DNA of 64,000 bases from assembly GCA_963662275.1 (NCBI GenBank), contig OY759316.1, positions 2,595,820-2,659,819 on the forward strand. Reading direction: 5' to 3'. Of the stretch, positions 10,435 to 20,382 are shown in pieces (positions within the stretch are counted from its first letter, which is position 1; every line of letters starts with the position of its first letter). Below the pieces are notes generated by a model. That model did not search any database and was not told the DNA's origin. It saw nothing but the letters and a program-made list of their open reading frames with translations. The translations under genes and the position numbers were made by a program. The DNA is from Candidatus Cloacimonadales bacterium. Its GTDB lineage: Bacteria > Cloacimonadota > Cloacimonadia > Cloacimonadales > DAONDQ01.

Positions 10435-12315
10435 ATGGCAGATACTTTAATTGATTCAGTATTATTGGATTTTTTTCTAACATCATCAGATCCCATTATT
10501 CCAATGGATAATGTCCATTTGATAAACGAATTCCTGTCAGCAAGCGATAATGAAGAAAAAACGGAATTAGCACAACGTTTAATGATTCAAACCATACGTA
10601 ACCTCGGTTTTGAAACACGCTGTATTGAAAGAATCCTACAGGGATATATCACTTCACTTTTAAAAGTAGATTACGGGTTCCGCTGGATAACAAAAGACTA
10701 TCGTTCTCATTTTCTGCATTCAGTCTATAATTATCTTACAGGTTTGTATTTAATGCGACATGATTTTCTCGGGAATATTCTTTTCTCTAAAATTGATTTT
10801 GAAGCTCTCGACAATATTTATACAAGTCCATCTTCTGAGTTACTACATTCATATCCTCGATGTGATTATGAAAAATTCCACAAGCGTTGGGCGATTGCAG
10901 CATTTTTCCATGATATTTCATATTTATCCCAAATTAGCTACAATGCAATGAATAAGGAAGCTAAGCACAATTTTCAAACGGATAATCAAGTGTTTTCTGT
11001 AAGTTTACCACATTTTGAAGATAATGTCCATATTGATGAGACATCGCAAATTAAACATCACTTAAGTGCATTAGTGAACTTAATTCCTCCATATTTGTTA
11101 CAACATAATGCCCTCGATATTATTAGCAGTCGTATAGCAGGCAGGCTCGGGACATTCGAAAATGCAGATATCAGGAGATCTTTAAAAAGAATAATTAAAG
11201 AGAATTTTAAAGGAGAATATGGATCACACGATATTTTAAGCGGTCTGTTTGCAATTAAGAAATATTACTATGAATTAAATTCATATTTTAATAGTACAGA
11301 AAATCCGATAACTAGTACAGAAAAAATACAAATCATTCAAGAAATGAAGGATTTTACAGATGCAATCAGCAATGCAGCTCTTCATCATTATGATAAATAT
11401 ACAGTCGGAATTTTCGAACCAACCAAAAAAGAAAAGATTTCCTGGAAAACATTACCATTATTGTATTTACTGATTCTTGTAGATGAATTACAGATCTGGA
11501 ATAGAGAATTAGTATGCGAATTCAAACCAATTGTTTATTATGATCTACAAATAAATGATACTGCATTAAGTGATTGGTTTAAGGATAATTGGACAAATAT
11601 GCTCCTGCGTTTTGTTCAATCATATCAAAATATTGACACTACAAAGTCAATGACCTTGGAAATACCTTTTACGAAAAATATGCTTAAGCAAATAGATTCA
11701 TTGAGAAGATTAGGTACACATGATCAATGCAAGATTACTAACCTAATTGAAAATTCTAATTATTCTTATAAAATTTATAATGGGAAACTATCAATATCTT
11801 TTGTAGTTTGTCCAGTATTAGCACAATTAGAGAATGTGATTAATTTTGAATTATCGAATTATGAAGTTTTACGAATTAAGAGTGTTCTCGAATCCAGTTG
11901 GAAAGAATTTAGTGCAAATCATCAGACATATTCACTTTTCATGGAATATCTGATGCTTTTTGAAGATTTGCTTGAGGAGAATAATACCAATAAGGCTTAT
12001 TCTATTAATAAAAACAATCTAATCAATAAATATCTCGTTAAATCTGACAAATTATATACACAATTAATTTCCTCAGATCAACTGTGGATACCTATCGAAT
12101 GCATAACTTTCAATCATATGAGCAGCTTTGATTCTTCCCATTTAGAGCAATTAGAATTAATGTATGATGGTAAAACTACACAAAATATACAATCAATCAT
12201 GGATCATTGTCTCAATGATTTTAAAAAACATATATCAATTAAAGGAATAAATAACCAGGCTCTTATTCATATCGTAGGTAAGATAAGAAACATTATTCAA
12301 AATTTTATAGCATAA
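10435..12315 (+). CDS. HD-domain (phosphohydrolase-like) protein, 626 aa, with a large uncharacterised C-terminal region
   Basis: Motif set RSHFLHSVYNYLTGLY (H...H), WAIAAFFHDISY (HD), GSHDILSGLF, LLILVDELQIW (D), in the order expected for HD/dGTPase-like domains. 15 bp upstream of the next gene. Confidence 0.55.
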   Translation: MADTLIDSVLLDFFLTSSDPIIPMDNVHLINEFLSASDNEEKTELAQRLMIQTIRNLGFETRCIERILQGYITSLLKVDYGFRWITKDYRSHFLHSVYNYLTGLYLMRHDFLGNILFSKIDFEALDNIYTSPSSELLHSYPRCDYEKFHKRWAIAAFFHDISYLSQISYNAMNKEAKHNFQTDNQVFSVSLPHFEDNVHIDETSQIKHHLSALVNLIPPYLLQHNALDIISSRIAGRLGTFENADIRRSLKRIIKENFKGEYGSHDILSGLFAIKKYYYELNSYFNSTENPITSTEKIQIIQEMKDFTDAISNAALHHYDKYTVGIFEPTKKEKISWKTLPLLYLLILVDELQIWNRELVCEFKPIVYYDLQINDTALSDWFKDNWTNMLLRFVQSYQNIDTTKSMTLEIPFTKNMLKQIDSLRRLGTHDQCKITNLIENSNYSYKIYNGKLSISFVVCPVLAQLENVINFELSNYEVLRIKSVLESSWKEFSANHQTYSLFMEYLMLFEDLLEENNTNKAYSINKNNLINKYLVKSDKLYTQLISSDQLWIPIECITFNHMSSFDSSHLEQLELMYDGKTTQNIQSIMDHCLNDFKKHISIKGINNQALIHIVGKIRNIIQNFIA

Positions 12316-12330
12316 TTATAGGAGGATAGC

Positions 12331-15300
12331 ATGGGAACTACGAAAATCTTGAAATATAATCAGGAAAGTATAAATTTTCTGAGAAGCTTGGAAGAGCATG
12401 TAAACAAAGCATATACTACTGACAGAAACTCTACAGCGAAGGAAAATACAGGAAAAATCAAGGAACTTCAAAGAAGACATGTTGGTTGGACTATGATTTC
12501 TTTTGAAGACGATTTTGTTACTAAACTTACTGAAATTCGATTAAATCAGGCAGAAACTAATAATGAAGAGGAAAAAATAATTAATGAAATTGATCAATAT
12601 CTATTGATGCTCTCGCTGTTAGATAATATCTTTTATGGCTATCCTTCTGAAAGATCAATGGAAGATTGTAATGGCAAGCCAATTAATAATCACCTAAATA
12701 ATTGGGTAAGAACATTTTATCATCTTACGCTCATAAATAACAAGGCAGGAGATGATGTAGATAAAAAAAAGGCACACGCATATGAAATTCAAATTTTAAT
12801 CAAGGATTTTATATCTATACCAAAGGATTTTGCCAGTTCCTATTTTGGGTACGATACCGGGATATCAGGTTTAAACCAACTCTTGATGGGTGGTTTTCTA
12901 CTCCCTGAGGACAGTACTGCAATGATAACAGTAGATGGTGAGTCTGGTGTTGGTAAAACAACTTTTGTGGTAAATTTAGTCTGTGCTATTCTGAAAAATT
13001 GTGGAGATACTGTTTTTAAACACAATAGAGATACAATAATACACAAACATGCTGAAAGACTTCCCATATTCATCGATTACTTCATATTAGAACAGTCTTA
13101 TAATAATATTAAACGATGCATAACCAACTTTAACTTACTACCCATTCTGAAAGATACCCATGACGTGGTAACAGCAAATCCAATTGATCCAAAGGATACT
13201 GTTTATTATGCTGAAGAACTTGATGGTCTTCTTAATATTTGCCAGAAAAACTCAAGAAAACTTGTTATGTCAATTCACCCTGTCCCTATGTGTTCTGCCG
13301 CAGATTTACTTCAACAGGTTCAAAAATGTGAAGAACCTTTTCAAGCAAAAAGCGTACTTGAAGATAGACACATCATTGTAATCGATTCAATCAATGCAGT
13401 TTTGGATATGGATATTGAGCAATCTAAATGGCGACAGGTATTACAGGCATTACGCTCTATACTTGGTGGAAAGAAATCTAAATGCCCAAATGAAGGAAAA
13501 AATAAAAAAGAAAACAATACAATATTGATCCTAACTCAAGAAAAAGACCCTTCCAAAAAGGATACAATGGTTGAGTATTTCTGCGATGTCGTCATGGGGT
13601 TTGAAAAGAAAAATATCAACGGTGAATACCTTCGATATATTGAATTGATCGAAAGCCGTTTTCAGGATATGTGTTTCGGAAGACATCCCTTCCATTTTTC
13701 AACTAAAGGGCAAGCTTCCTTTGGGATCTACCCTTCAGCCTCTGCTTTAATGGAATTAATTCCCAACCAATTAAAACAGATTCAGCCAGATAAAAAAACA
13801 CTTGAGTTTGGAATAAAAATCGATGGAATCCTGAAATTCTTTGTGAATACCCATTTGAAGAATAGCGGCATGAAACCATATTTTCTTAAGAATTCAGTCA
13901 GTAATCTCAATGGCGAAAAAGGATGTAATAAATCTGCATTTTCAAAGTTCTTTACACTAAGTTCATATCGGGATGAAAGATGGATATCCATGTCTGAAAG
14001 AGCATTTGAAAATGATCTTTACGAAACAGAAGTTACAGATAAGGAGTGCTATCATGAAATGAATTATTCTGAAAAAGAAGCTGACAAAATATGGAATGAA
14101 ATAAAAGAAATGAAACCATATCCAAAATCTTATAACCCTGCAAATCCTTCGGAAACTGAAAAGCATTGTAATCCGATAGATAAAGCAATCGGGATGATTG
14201 TAAAATTTGGGGAAAACTATGAAGAAAATGAACATGATGTGGTTATTGATGCACCTTGGGGAAAAGTAATCATACCAGCAAATGCATTAAAAGTAGAACC
14301 TAAATTCTGGGGGAGAGTATCAGATGTTATTTGTCATTTTGAAGTAAAAAATTTCTCTGAAGAATACTATCTTGAACAAATCATGGATGTCATTCGTGCA
14401 ATAGAATCATATCATGTATATGAAGAAATCCCTAAAACTTTTGAGAACTTGCTTAGAAGAATGAAATTATCAAGGATATTGTGGGAGAAGACTAGTTTAC
14501 GAGAACCAGAAGTAGAAGCAACTCCTAATAATGTGGAATTTAGCCCATCGTTTGCTATTTATAAAGATAAGGACTACATTAATGATAATTCTAATGTTAA
14601 AGTAGAAGATAGGAATATCTACAATTCATCTATTTTCTTCTATCATGAATCATTACCAATCAAAGTAAGAAGGTTGGTGTTGGATAATACAGAAAACCTG
14701 ATCGATATTTTCAAGCAAATCGATGCCCAGGATTTTATCACAACCATTACTCATTTCGGTTTGGCAAAGGGAATTACGATCTTAATTGTCAATCAAGTCG
14801 GTAGGGGATCTCGCAATCAGATCAATGACATTTGCAATGCCATTGCTGATAATATTTTTGAATTCCAGAGAGAATACTTTTGCGGAGGCTGGTATTCAGT
14901 ACTTCATATCAAGCGATCATCAAACAGTTGGCATAATCGAATGTACTATAACATTTATAAAAGGCACGATGAGCTTTTGGAATTGCAGGATACATTTTCC
15001 TTTATATCAAGTTTTCATAATGAACTGAAGGAGTTAATACCAATTCGTCTATTTCTCCCTGGAAAATCACAAGCTGAAATTGATATGTATGCGAATCTAT
15101 CTATTGCCTTAAATCCTTCAAATAGAGATTTTCCAGATATGAATTATAGTATTGAAAGAGATAAGAGATTACCATATAAGGATTCACACGAACAGTGGCA
15201 TACATATCTGAAAGAAATGATCATCTACAGTATGACACATCCGCAAGTGGAAGTAATTAAGGCAAGTGATCCATTTACGGACATTTCTATTATCATAGAA

Positions 15301-16629
15301 GATGAAAGCGTTAAGGATGCTTTGACGATTAGTTGTATTCCCGGTCACTTAATCAAAAGGTATAAGACAAATTTACTCAGGCTTACAGATTTTATCAATT
15401 TCAGTCCTCGGGACAACCAGCTTCCTTTCATTGATAATGCGGTTGATTTCATAGCTGATACTTGGATGGAAATTGGTAATCTCAATTCTACAACACCCAA
15501 CGGTAGATTCGGCAAGACTCATTACTACCTTAAACCTTCCTCTCTTCAATTTATCTCTAATGAGTCAAATAGAGACAATTGTCACTTTTCCTGGATAGAA
15601 CCTGACCTGCTTTTTAACCCTGTGATTGATATCAGCCATCACAGTGATTCTGATGTTCAAACAGCACATGCTCTTGCCTATCCTTTTTATATCAATCCAA
15701 GGTTTGATCTGATAATCCGCCATAAAGATGCTAAAGATGCTAAAGATGATAAGGTGAAATATCATTTCGGTTCGACAACGACAGAAGATTACTTCACATT
15801 TTTCATGGAGCTATTGTTTAAGAATAGGTCTATTAGGAATTCCGTGGCTGAATTTATAAGCAATGCAAGTGAATCAAGTATAGGATATCAAATAAATGAT
15901 ATTCCTTTTGCACAGAAAGATACAGAGGATATTACAAACCATACTTTTATTTCCAGAAACTGGTTTTCATCACACCAGCAATTTATTGATATTTTAAAAA
16001 GCAATTTATCCCCAGAAGAATTTAGTAATATGTGTTTTAAATATATCGTTCCAAAAGTATTCTCTTATTCAACCTGGTATTTAGGCGTACCACTTAATAG
16101 TCCGCGAAAAGACAGAGCCTGTGAGATTATTGTCAAAATGACTGAATATCATGATTTAGCGAATTTCCAACTGAATGGCATCGGTATTCAATTGGGAAAT
16201 TACGCTTTCAGGGATGAATGTTATAAATATTACCCTCATTTAGCATATCATGAAATTCTAACCGGAATAGGGAACATCCATTCTTTCCGTGATAATGCAA
16301 ATCATAATAGTACCGGTATTCCTTTGGCTTCCATGGATTGTTTTTATGAATTAATTACTCCCATTGGAGGTTTGCTGCAAAATGTACATCAAATGCTCAA
16401 ATCCACTATGTCATCTTGTCCTTTGAATAGCGATCTAATATCAAGGATTATTGGTCAAATTACTAATATTTTCACAGCATATACCTCGGACAATTTATGT
16501 AATGAATGCTATTTCAATTATCTGACAAATATAAATAGAGAAAAGTTATCTCGACGAGCCTGTGATTGTTGGTTAGGTGCGTTATTCGGTTTAGTACAAT
16601 CAGATTGTCCCGAGGAAAATAATTGTTAG
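12331..16629 (+). CDS. Giant (1432 aa) protein with tandem KaiC/RecA-like ATPase domains (first catalytic-looking, second degenerate) and a Cys/His-rich C-terminus
   Basis: TGISGLNQLLMGGFLLPEDSTAMITVDGESGVGKTTFVVNL (KaiC/RadA/DnaB-type Walker A context), HIIVIDSINAVL (Walker B), ILILTQE, GEYLRYIELIESRFQDMCFGRHPFHFSTKGQASFGIYP (KaiC C-terminal signature). Second copy ITILIVNQ...REYFCGGWYSVLHIKRSSNSWHNRMYYNIYKR has no Walker A. GGAGG RBS upstream. Confidence 0.6.
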   Translation: MGTTKILKYNQESINFLRSLEEHVNKAYTTDRNSTAKENTGKIKELQRRHVGWTMISFEDDFVTKLTEIRLNQAETNNEEEKIINEIDQYLLMLSLLDNIFYGYPSERSMEDCNGKPINNHLNNWVRTFYHLTLINNKAGDDVDKKKAHAYEIQILIKDFISIPKDFASSYFGYDTGISGLNQLLMGGFLLPEDSTAMITVDGESGVGKTTFVVNLVCAILKNCGDTVFKHNRDTIIHKHAERLPIFIDYFILEQSYNNIKRCITNFNLLPILKDTHDVVTANPIDPKDTVYYAEELDGLLNICQKNSRKLVMSIHPVPMCSAADLLQQVQKCEEPFQAKSVLEDRHIIVIDSINAVLDMDIEQSKWRQVLQALRSILGGKKSKCPNEGKNKKENNTILILTQEKDPSKKDTMVEYFCDVVMGFEKKNINGEYLRYIELIESRFQDMCFGRHPFHFSTKGQASFGIYPSASALMELIPNQLKQIQPDKKTLEFGIKIDGILKFFVNTHLKNSGMKPYFLKNSVSNLNGEKGCNKSAFSKFFTLSSYRDERWISMSERAFENDLYETEVTDKECYHEMNYSEKEADKIWNEIKEMKPYPKSYNPANPSETEKHCNPIDKAIGMIVKFGENYEENEHDVVIDAPWGKVIIPANALKVEPKFWGRVSDVICHFEVKNFSEEYYLEQIMDVIRAIESYHVYEEIPKTFENLLRRMKLSRILWEKTSLREPEVEATPNNVEFSPSFAIYKDKDYINDNSNVKVEDRNIYNSSIFFYHESLPIKVRRLVLDNTENLIDIFKQIDAQDFITTITHFGLAKGITILIVNQVGRGSRNQINDICNAIADNIFEFQREYFCGGWYSVLHIKRSSNSWHNRMYYNIYKRHDELLELQDTFSFISSFHNELKELIPIRLFLPGKSQAEIDMYANLSIALNPSNRDFPDMNYSIERDKRLPYKDSHEQWHTYLKEMIIYSMTHPQVEVIKASDPFTDISIIIEDESVKDALTISCIPGHLIKRYKTNLLRLTDFINFSPRDNQLPFIDNAVDFIADTWMEIGNLNSTTPNGRFGKTHYYLKPSSLQFISNESNRDNCHFSWIEPDLLFNPVIDISHHSDSDVQTAHALAYPFYINPRFDLIIRHKDAKDAKDDKVKYHFGSTTTEDYFTFFMELLFKNRSIRNSVAEFISNASESSIGYQINDIPFAQKDTEDITNHTFISRNWFSSHQQFIDILKSNLSPEEFSNMCFKYIVPKVFSYSTWYLGVPLNSPRKDRACEIIVKMTEYHDLANFQLNGIGIQLGNYAFRDECYKYYPHLAYHEILTGIGNIHSFRDNANHNSTGIPLASMDCFYELITPIGGLLQNVHQMLKSTMSSCPLNSDLISRIIGQITNIFTAYTSDNLCNECYFNYLTNINREKLSRRACDCWLGALFGLVQSDCPEENNC

Positions 16630-16795
16630 AAGTTTTTGATAAAATTCGATGCTCAAACATAATTTAGATAAATACTAGTACCTTGATAAGTATCACTTTA
16701 CACTAGATTGGGGAGTCTCTGTATTGTGTAAACTATCTATCCTTTGCATCAGCAAGCATTTCATGAATTTTCTATACACTTGGATTTTCGGAATC

Positions 16796-18137
16796 CTAAT
16801 TAAGATGCATGATTTTACGAACCTGAGTTTCCTCTCCTTGTATAGTTTTCAGGAAATAGATACCAGATGCCAGATCTTTTTCATTAATGTTCAATACCTG
16901 GTTGGGAAAAGCATCTACAGATTTAACAAGTTGACCTTTTAAATTATACAGGCGTAGAGTCACACTAGTGTTTGATCTGCTCTTGATCATCAAATGCAAA
17001 TCAGTTGTAAAAGGATTTGGAAATACGGTTACTGTCATCCTCTGAACAGAAGGAATATTACTATCATCATTCAATGTTGGAGGTTGCCATGTAGTGGTAA
17101 TCCGTTGCTCATATTCAGGGACAGAGTTATTCAAATGATAAGCTGTTTCCACAATTTGGTTACCGTCCTGTGAAACAGCAAATTCCTTTGATTGATAATT
17201 TACCCAATTCGGATCTGAAAAAGTTTGGGTAGTGATGGTGGATAGATGATTATTTTCATAAGTAAAGAGCAATTGATTTTGCATTAACCAATCATGGTCA
17301 TACCAGCTCTGATCAAGAAGATCATCAATCAAGGGAAAACTCTGATTCGATAAAATCCAATCATAAGGGTTATCTGTTTGTCCAATGATATCGTTGATAG
17401 AGCCAACAGACACTTCCAAGCCTTTTCCAAGAGTTATTGGTAAAAGATGGGAAATCAAATTGATGAACGAAACACCGGTTGTTGCATCGTTCGAGTTATA
17501 AACCCTGGTCACATTCTCATAATTTACCCAATTAAGTGAGTCCTGTGATGTCAGAATCAATTCGCTAATTATCCTACCTCGGTTATCCAGTTCAAAAGAA
17601 CTCTTTTTAAATATAGAGGTTTGAAAGCCAGGTTTCCAGGTATAAACTGTATCCAAATCCTGGTTATTATAGAGGATTCCCATGCGAAGATTATCATTGA
17701 ATATCCCCGTGAAGATGTCCTTATTTGCCAAATTCAGGGCAACGATTCGATTTTCAGAATCATACGATACTCTTAACCGTTGCACTGGATTCATTGGGGT
17801 AATATACACCATAGCATTCGTTACATAATGATGAGTAGGTTCATAACTGAATACAGTTTTGCTATTAATTATCCAACTACCGCTATTAATATCCCAGTTG
17901 TAGGTCAGAAGACTATCCACCGAATTGGTGACTGTGTCATTATAATAAAATTCATCCCTGGCATTTATATGCCAGCCGAAATTATCGATAATCTCACGTA
18001 CCTGGCTTAAAACCAGAGTATTACGATAATTATCTTTGACACCTGATTTCACAGCGATGCCAGAGAGATTATTACTGATGGAAAAAAATAATGTAGGAAT
18101 AACAAGAAAGCTCAAAAAAAGGTAAATATTCTTCACT
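16796..18137 (-). CDS. Secreted protein with T9SS C-terminal sorting domain
   Basis: C-terminal VFPNPFTTDLHL...LRLYNLKGQLVKSV...GIYFLKT CTD. Likely GTG start at 18137 (MKNIYLFLSFLVIPTLFF signal peptide) with a GGAGGT RBS; the ORF track uses a TTG at 18151. Confidence 0.7.
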
Positions 18138-18256
18138 AATGGTACCTCCAATCTTTAATAGATTGACTTGATTGGAAATAGTATGAATGTTGTCAAGTAA
18201 TTAACTATCGCAATATCAAATAAGAAATCATTCGGTTATCGGGAAGTATATTTATT

Positions 18257-18703
18257 TCAATCAGCGAACAAACTGGAAATTTTTAAACGAAGGATGTGTA
18301 AATCTGGAAAACAAATGAGGAGATAGTGGTCTATTACGAGGAAGTAAGCCCAGAAACTGATAGGTCCAAGCCTTTTAGGTAGAGCAGCATGAAATTTTGG
18401 AATAATTGATGGTAAACTTATCTGTGATTGCTGTTTTCCCCAAAAAGCGGTTTCATCGTTATGTGCTTTGGTTTTAATTATATGCTTACCCTCGGGGTAT
18501 TCACTGATCAAAGGATTGGATGGAATCTCCTTTTTCCTTTTCGAAGGCAGCCAGGCATACAACTCCTCTACTCTACTTATCAAAGATAAATGTGCTTTCA
18601 GAGCTTTAATGGCTTTCCGTAAATCCTCCAAATCTCCGATAGTCTCTGCTTCGCTCCAGAGTAATATATCTTCATTGTCAAAAGCCAGATGCAAAGCTAT
18701 CAT
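18257..18703 (-). CDS. Hypothetical protein (148 aa)
   Basis: ORF only; no recognisable motif. Confidence 0.3.
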   Translation of the reverse strand: MIALHLAFDNEDILLWSEAETIGDLEDLRKAIKALKAHLSLISRVEELYAWLPSKRKKEIPSNPLISEYPEGKHIIKTKAHNDETAFWGKQQSQISLPSIIPKFHAALPKRLGPISFWAYFLVIDHYLLICFPDLHILRLKISSLFAD

Positions 18704-18779
18704 ATGAAAATCCTTTATCGAGTAAGAAGAAAGCTCTATTATGACGAGGAATAAACGTCAAGAATTGATTCCTCTATGT

Positions 18780-19260
18780 AATTTCGAACTTCGAACTTCG
18801 AACTTCGTACTTCCCATGATCCCCGTAGGGAAGAAACATATTAACACTGGATTTTAATCCGGTGATATGATAAATGTGATCTAAAGGTCTCTCCGGAACG
18901 CTGTTTTCAAACGGCTATGCAGGTTTTAAGGCGCATTGCCATGACCCCTGCTCTGCTTGAATTCAATCCGTAGGATGTCACTCTGTTAGCCCAGGAAGTC
19001 CGTTCTCTGAACTGCAAATCTTCACTCTTCCATCTTCGAACTCCAAATCTTCAATCATCCATTTTCAATCTTCAATCAAAGCACTCTACTCTCCTCTCTT
19101 TCTTGGCTCTACAGAACCATAATTGAACCCCTTAATTTATACCAGTTTCAATCTAGTTTCAATCCTGTTTCATTCCTGTTTCGTCAAATAGGATAGAGAT
19201 TGGTAGGGGATTGGTAGGGGATTGGATTTTGATTGGTAGTGTCTTTGGGGTTCGAATTGT
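18780..19260. repeat. Composite intergenic repeat cluster (TTCGAAC heptamer tandem, ATTGGTAGGGG x2, TCTTCAATC repeats, plus dispersed elements shared with 44880-45260)
   Basis: Direct reading: ttcgaacttcgaacttcgaacttcgtactt; ttggtaggggattggtaggggattgg. caatccgtaggatgt...agcccaggaagtcc and ccagtttcaatcctgtttcg also occur at ~45.0-45.23 kb. Confidence 0.7.
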
Positions 19261-19543
19261 GATTATAACTATTCCAATTGAGGTTTCTGTTTCAGATGCA
19301 GAGAATCAAACTCTCTCGAAAAGATGGGCGTACTTCCGCACGCCCCTACTGCCACCCTCTCTTCATCTGAAGGGAGAAATGGGTCAGTGTGGATATTTCG
19401 GAGTGAGAGAGCATAGTGTACGCTCCAACAGAGCCACGTCTTCGGAAAAATAGAGCCACCTAATTCGGAGATGAGAGCCACTCTTCTATTTTCAATAATT
19501 AATACAGGTAATATACAAAAAAATAAGCTATAACTAATCTTTT

Positions 19544-19596
19544 TGCGACGGCTGCCGTGAAGTGAGGCCGTAGGCCGAGCGAAGCGGCAGCCGTCG
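19544..19596 (-). terminator. GC-rich perfect hairpin downstream of istB (inside the IS, before the terminal repeats)
   Basis: gcgacggctgccg ... cggcagccgtcgc: 13-bp perfect inverted repeat in an AT-rich background. Confidence 0.45.
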
Positions 19597-19635
19597 CCGG
19601 GAAAGTTGTAGTACCATCCCAAGTATTAACTATCG

Positions 19636-20382
19636 TTATTCTTTCTTAATGCCATTGCGTTCTCTCATTGACACTTTACCATCGATAAAAATAGGATAGG
19701 AATCGTGTATAATCCGGTCAAGGATGGCATCGGCAAGGGTTTCCTGACCAATCTTCTCATGCCATCCTCCGGTTCTGAACTGAGAACAGAAGATCGTTGA
19801 TGAGTGCTGATGCCTCGCTTCGATAATCTCCAAAAGATCTCTTGCCTCTTGTTCTCTGAGTGGTGTCAGCAGCCATTCATCAAGTATCAGCAGTTTGATC
19901 TGCTTGTATTGTTTTATGACTTTCTTAAAAATACCTTCACCTCTGGCAACTGCCAGGTCATCCAGCAATTCGGGAAGTCGTATATATCTGACAGGATAAT
20001 AGTTCCGGCAGGCTGCTATCCCGAAAGCACAACCCAGCCAGGATTTCCCGTTTCCTGATGCTCCCATAATGATTATATTCCGATTTTCGCTGATGTAACT
20101 GCAGGTTGATAAACGGATAATCTCAGATCGATCCAGCTTTCTGTCATCATGATATTCTACGTCTTCAATACTTGCCTGGCTGAACTTCAAGTTTGCCTTC
20201 TTAATTAGCCTCTGCAGTCTGTTATTTTTGCGTCTGGCCCATTCAGCATCTACGAGCAGACTGAAGCGTTCTTCGAAAAGCAAATCCTTAAATGCACCAT
20301 CATGTAATTGCTGGCAGAAAGTATCAGCCATAGCACTCAAATGCATCTCGTGAAGCTTATTGACTGTTGATTGGCTGATCAT
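19636..20382 (-). CDS. istB: IS21 family helper ATPase IstB
   Basis: Walker A GASGNGKSWLGCAFG and IstB-like DnaC-type ATPase layout; overlaps the istA stop by 4 nt. Confidence 0.9.
   Translation of the reverse strand: MISQSTVNKLHEMHLSAMADTFCQQLHDGAFKDLLFEERFSLLVDAEWARRKNNRLQRLIKKANLKFSQASIEDVEYHDDRKLDRSEIIRLSTCSYISENRNIIIMGASGNGKSWLGCAFGIAACRNYYPVRYIRLPELLDDLAVARGEGIFKKVIKQYKQIKLLILDEWLLTPLREQEARDLLEIIEARHQHSSTIFCSQFRTGGWHEKIGQETLADAILDRIIHDSYPIFIDGKVSMRERNGIKKE

Noticed and set aside
12331-16629. Possibility that the KaiC-like gene is a circadian clock kaiC
   Set aside because: No kaiA or kaiB nearby, the second domain is degenerate, and the protein is about 3x KaiC length with large unrelated extensions. 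It is more likely a RecA-fold ATPase recruited into a different system.
19211-19622. ORFs 19211..19453 (+) and 19269..19622 (-)
   Set aside because: They overlap the IS21 terminal repeat block and the GC hairpin, have no RBS or motifs, and are best explained as non-coding IS end sequence.
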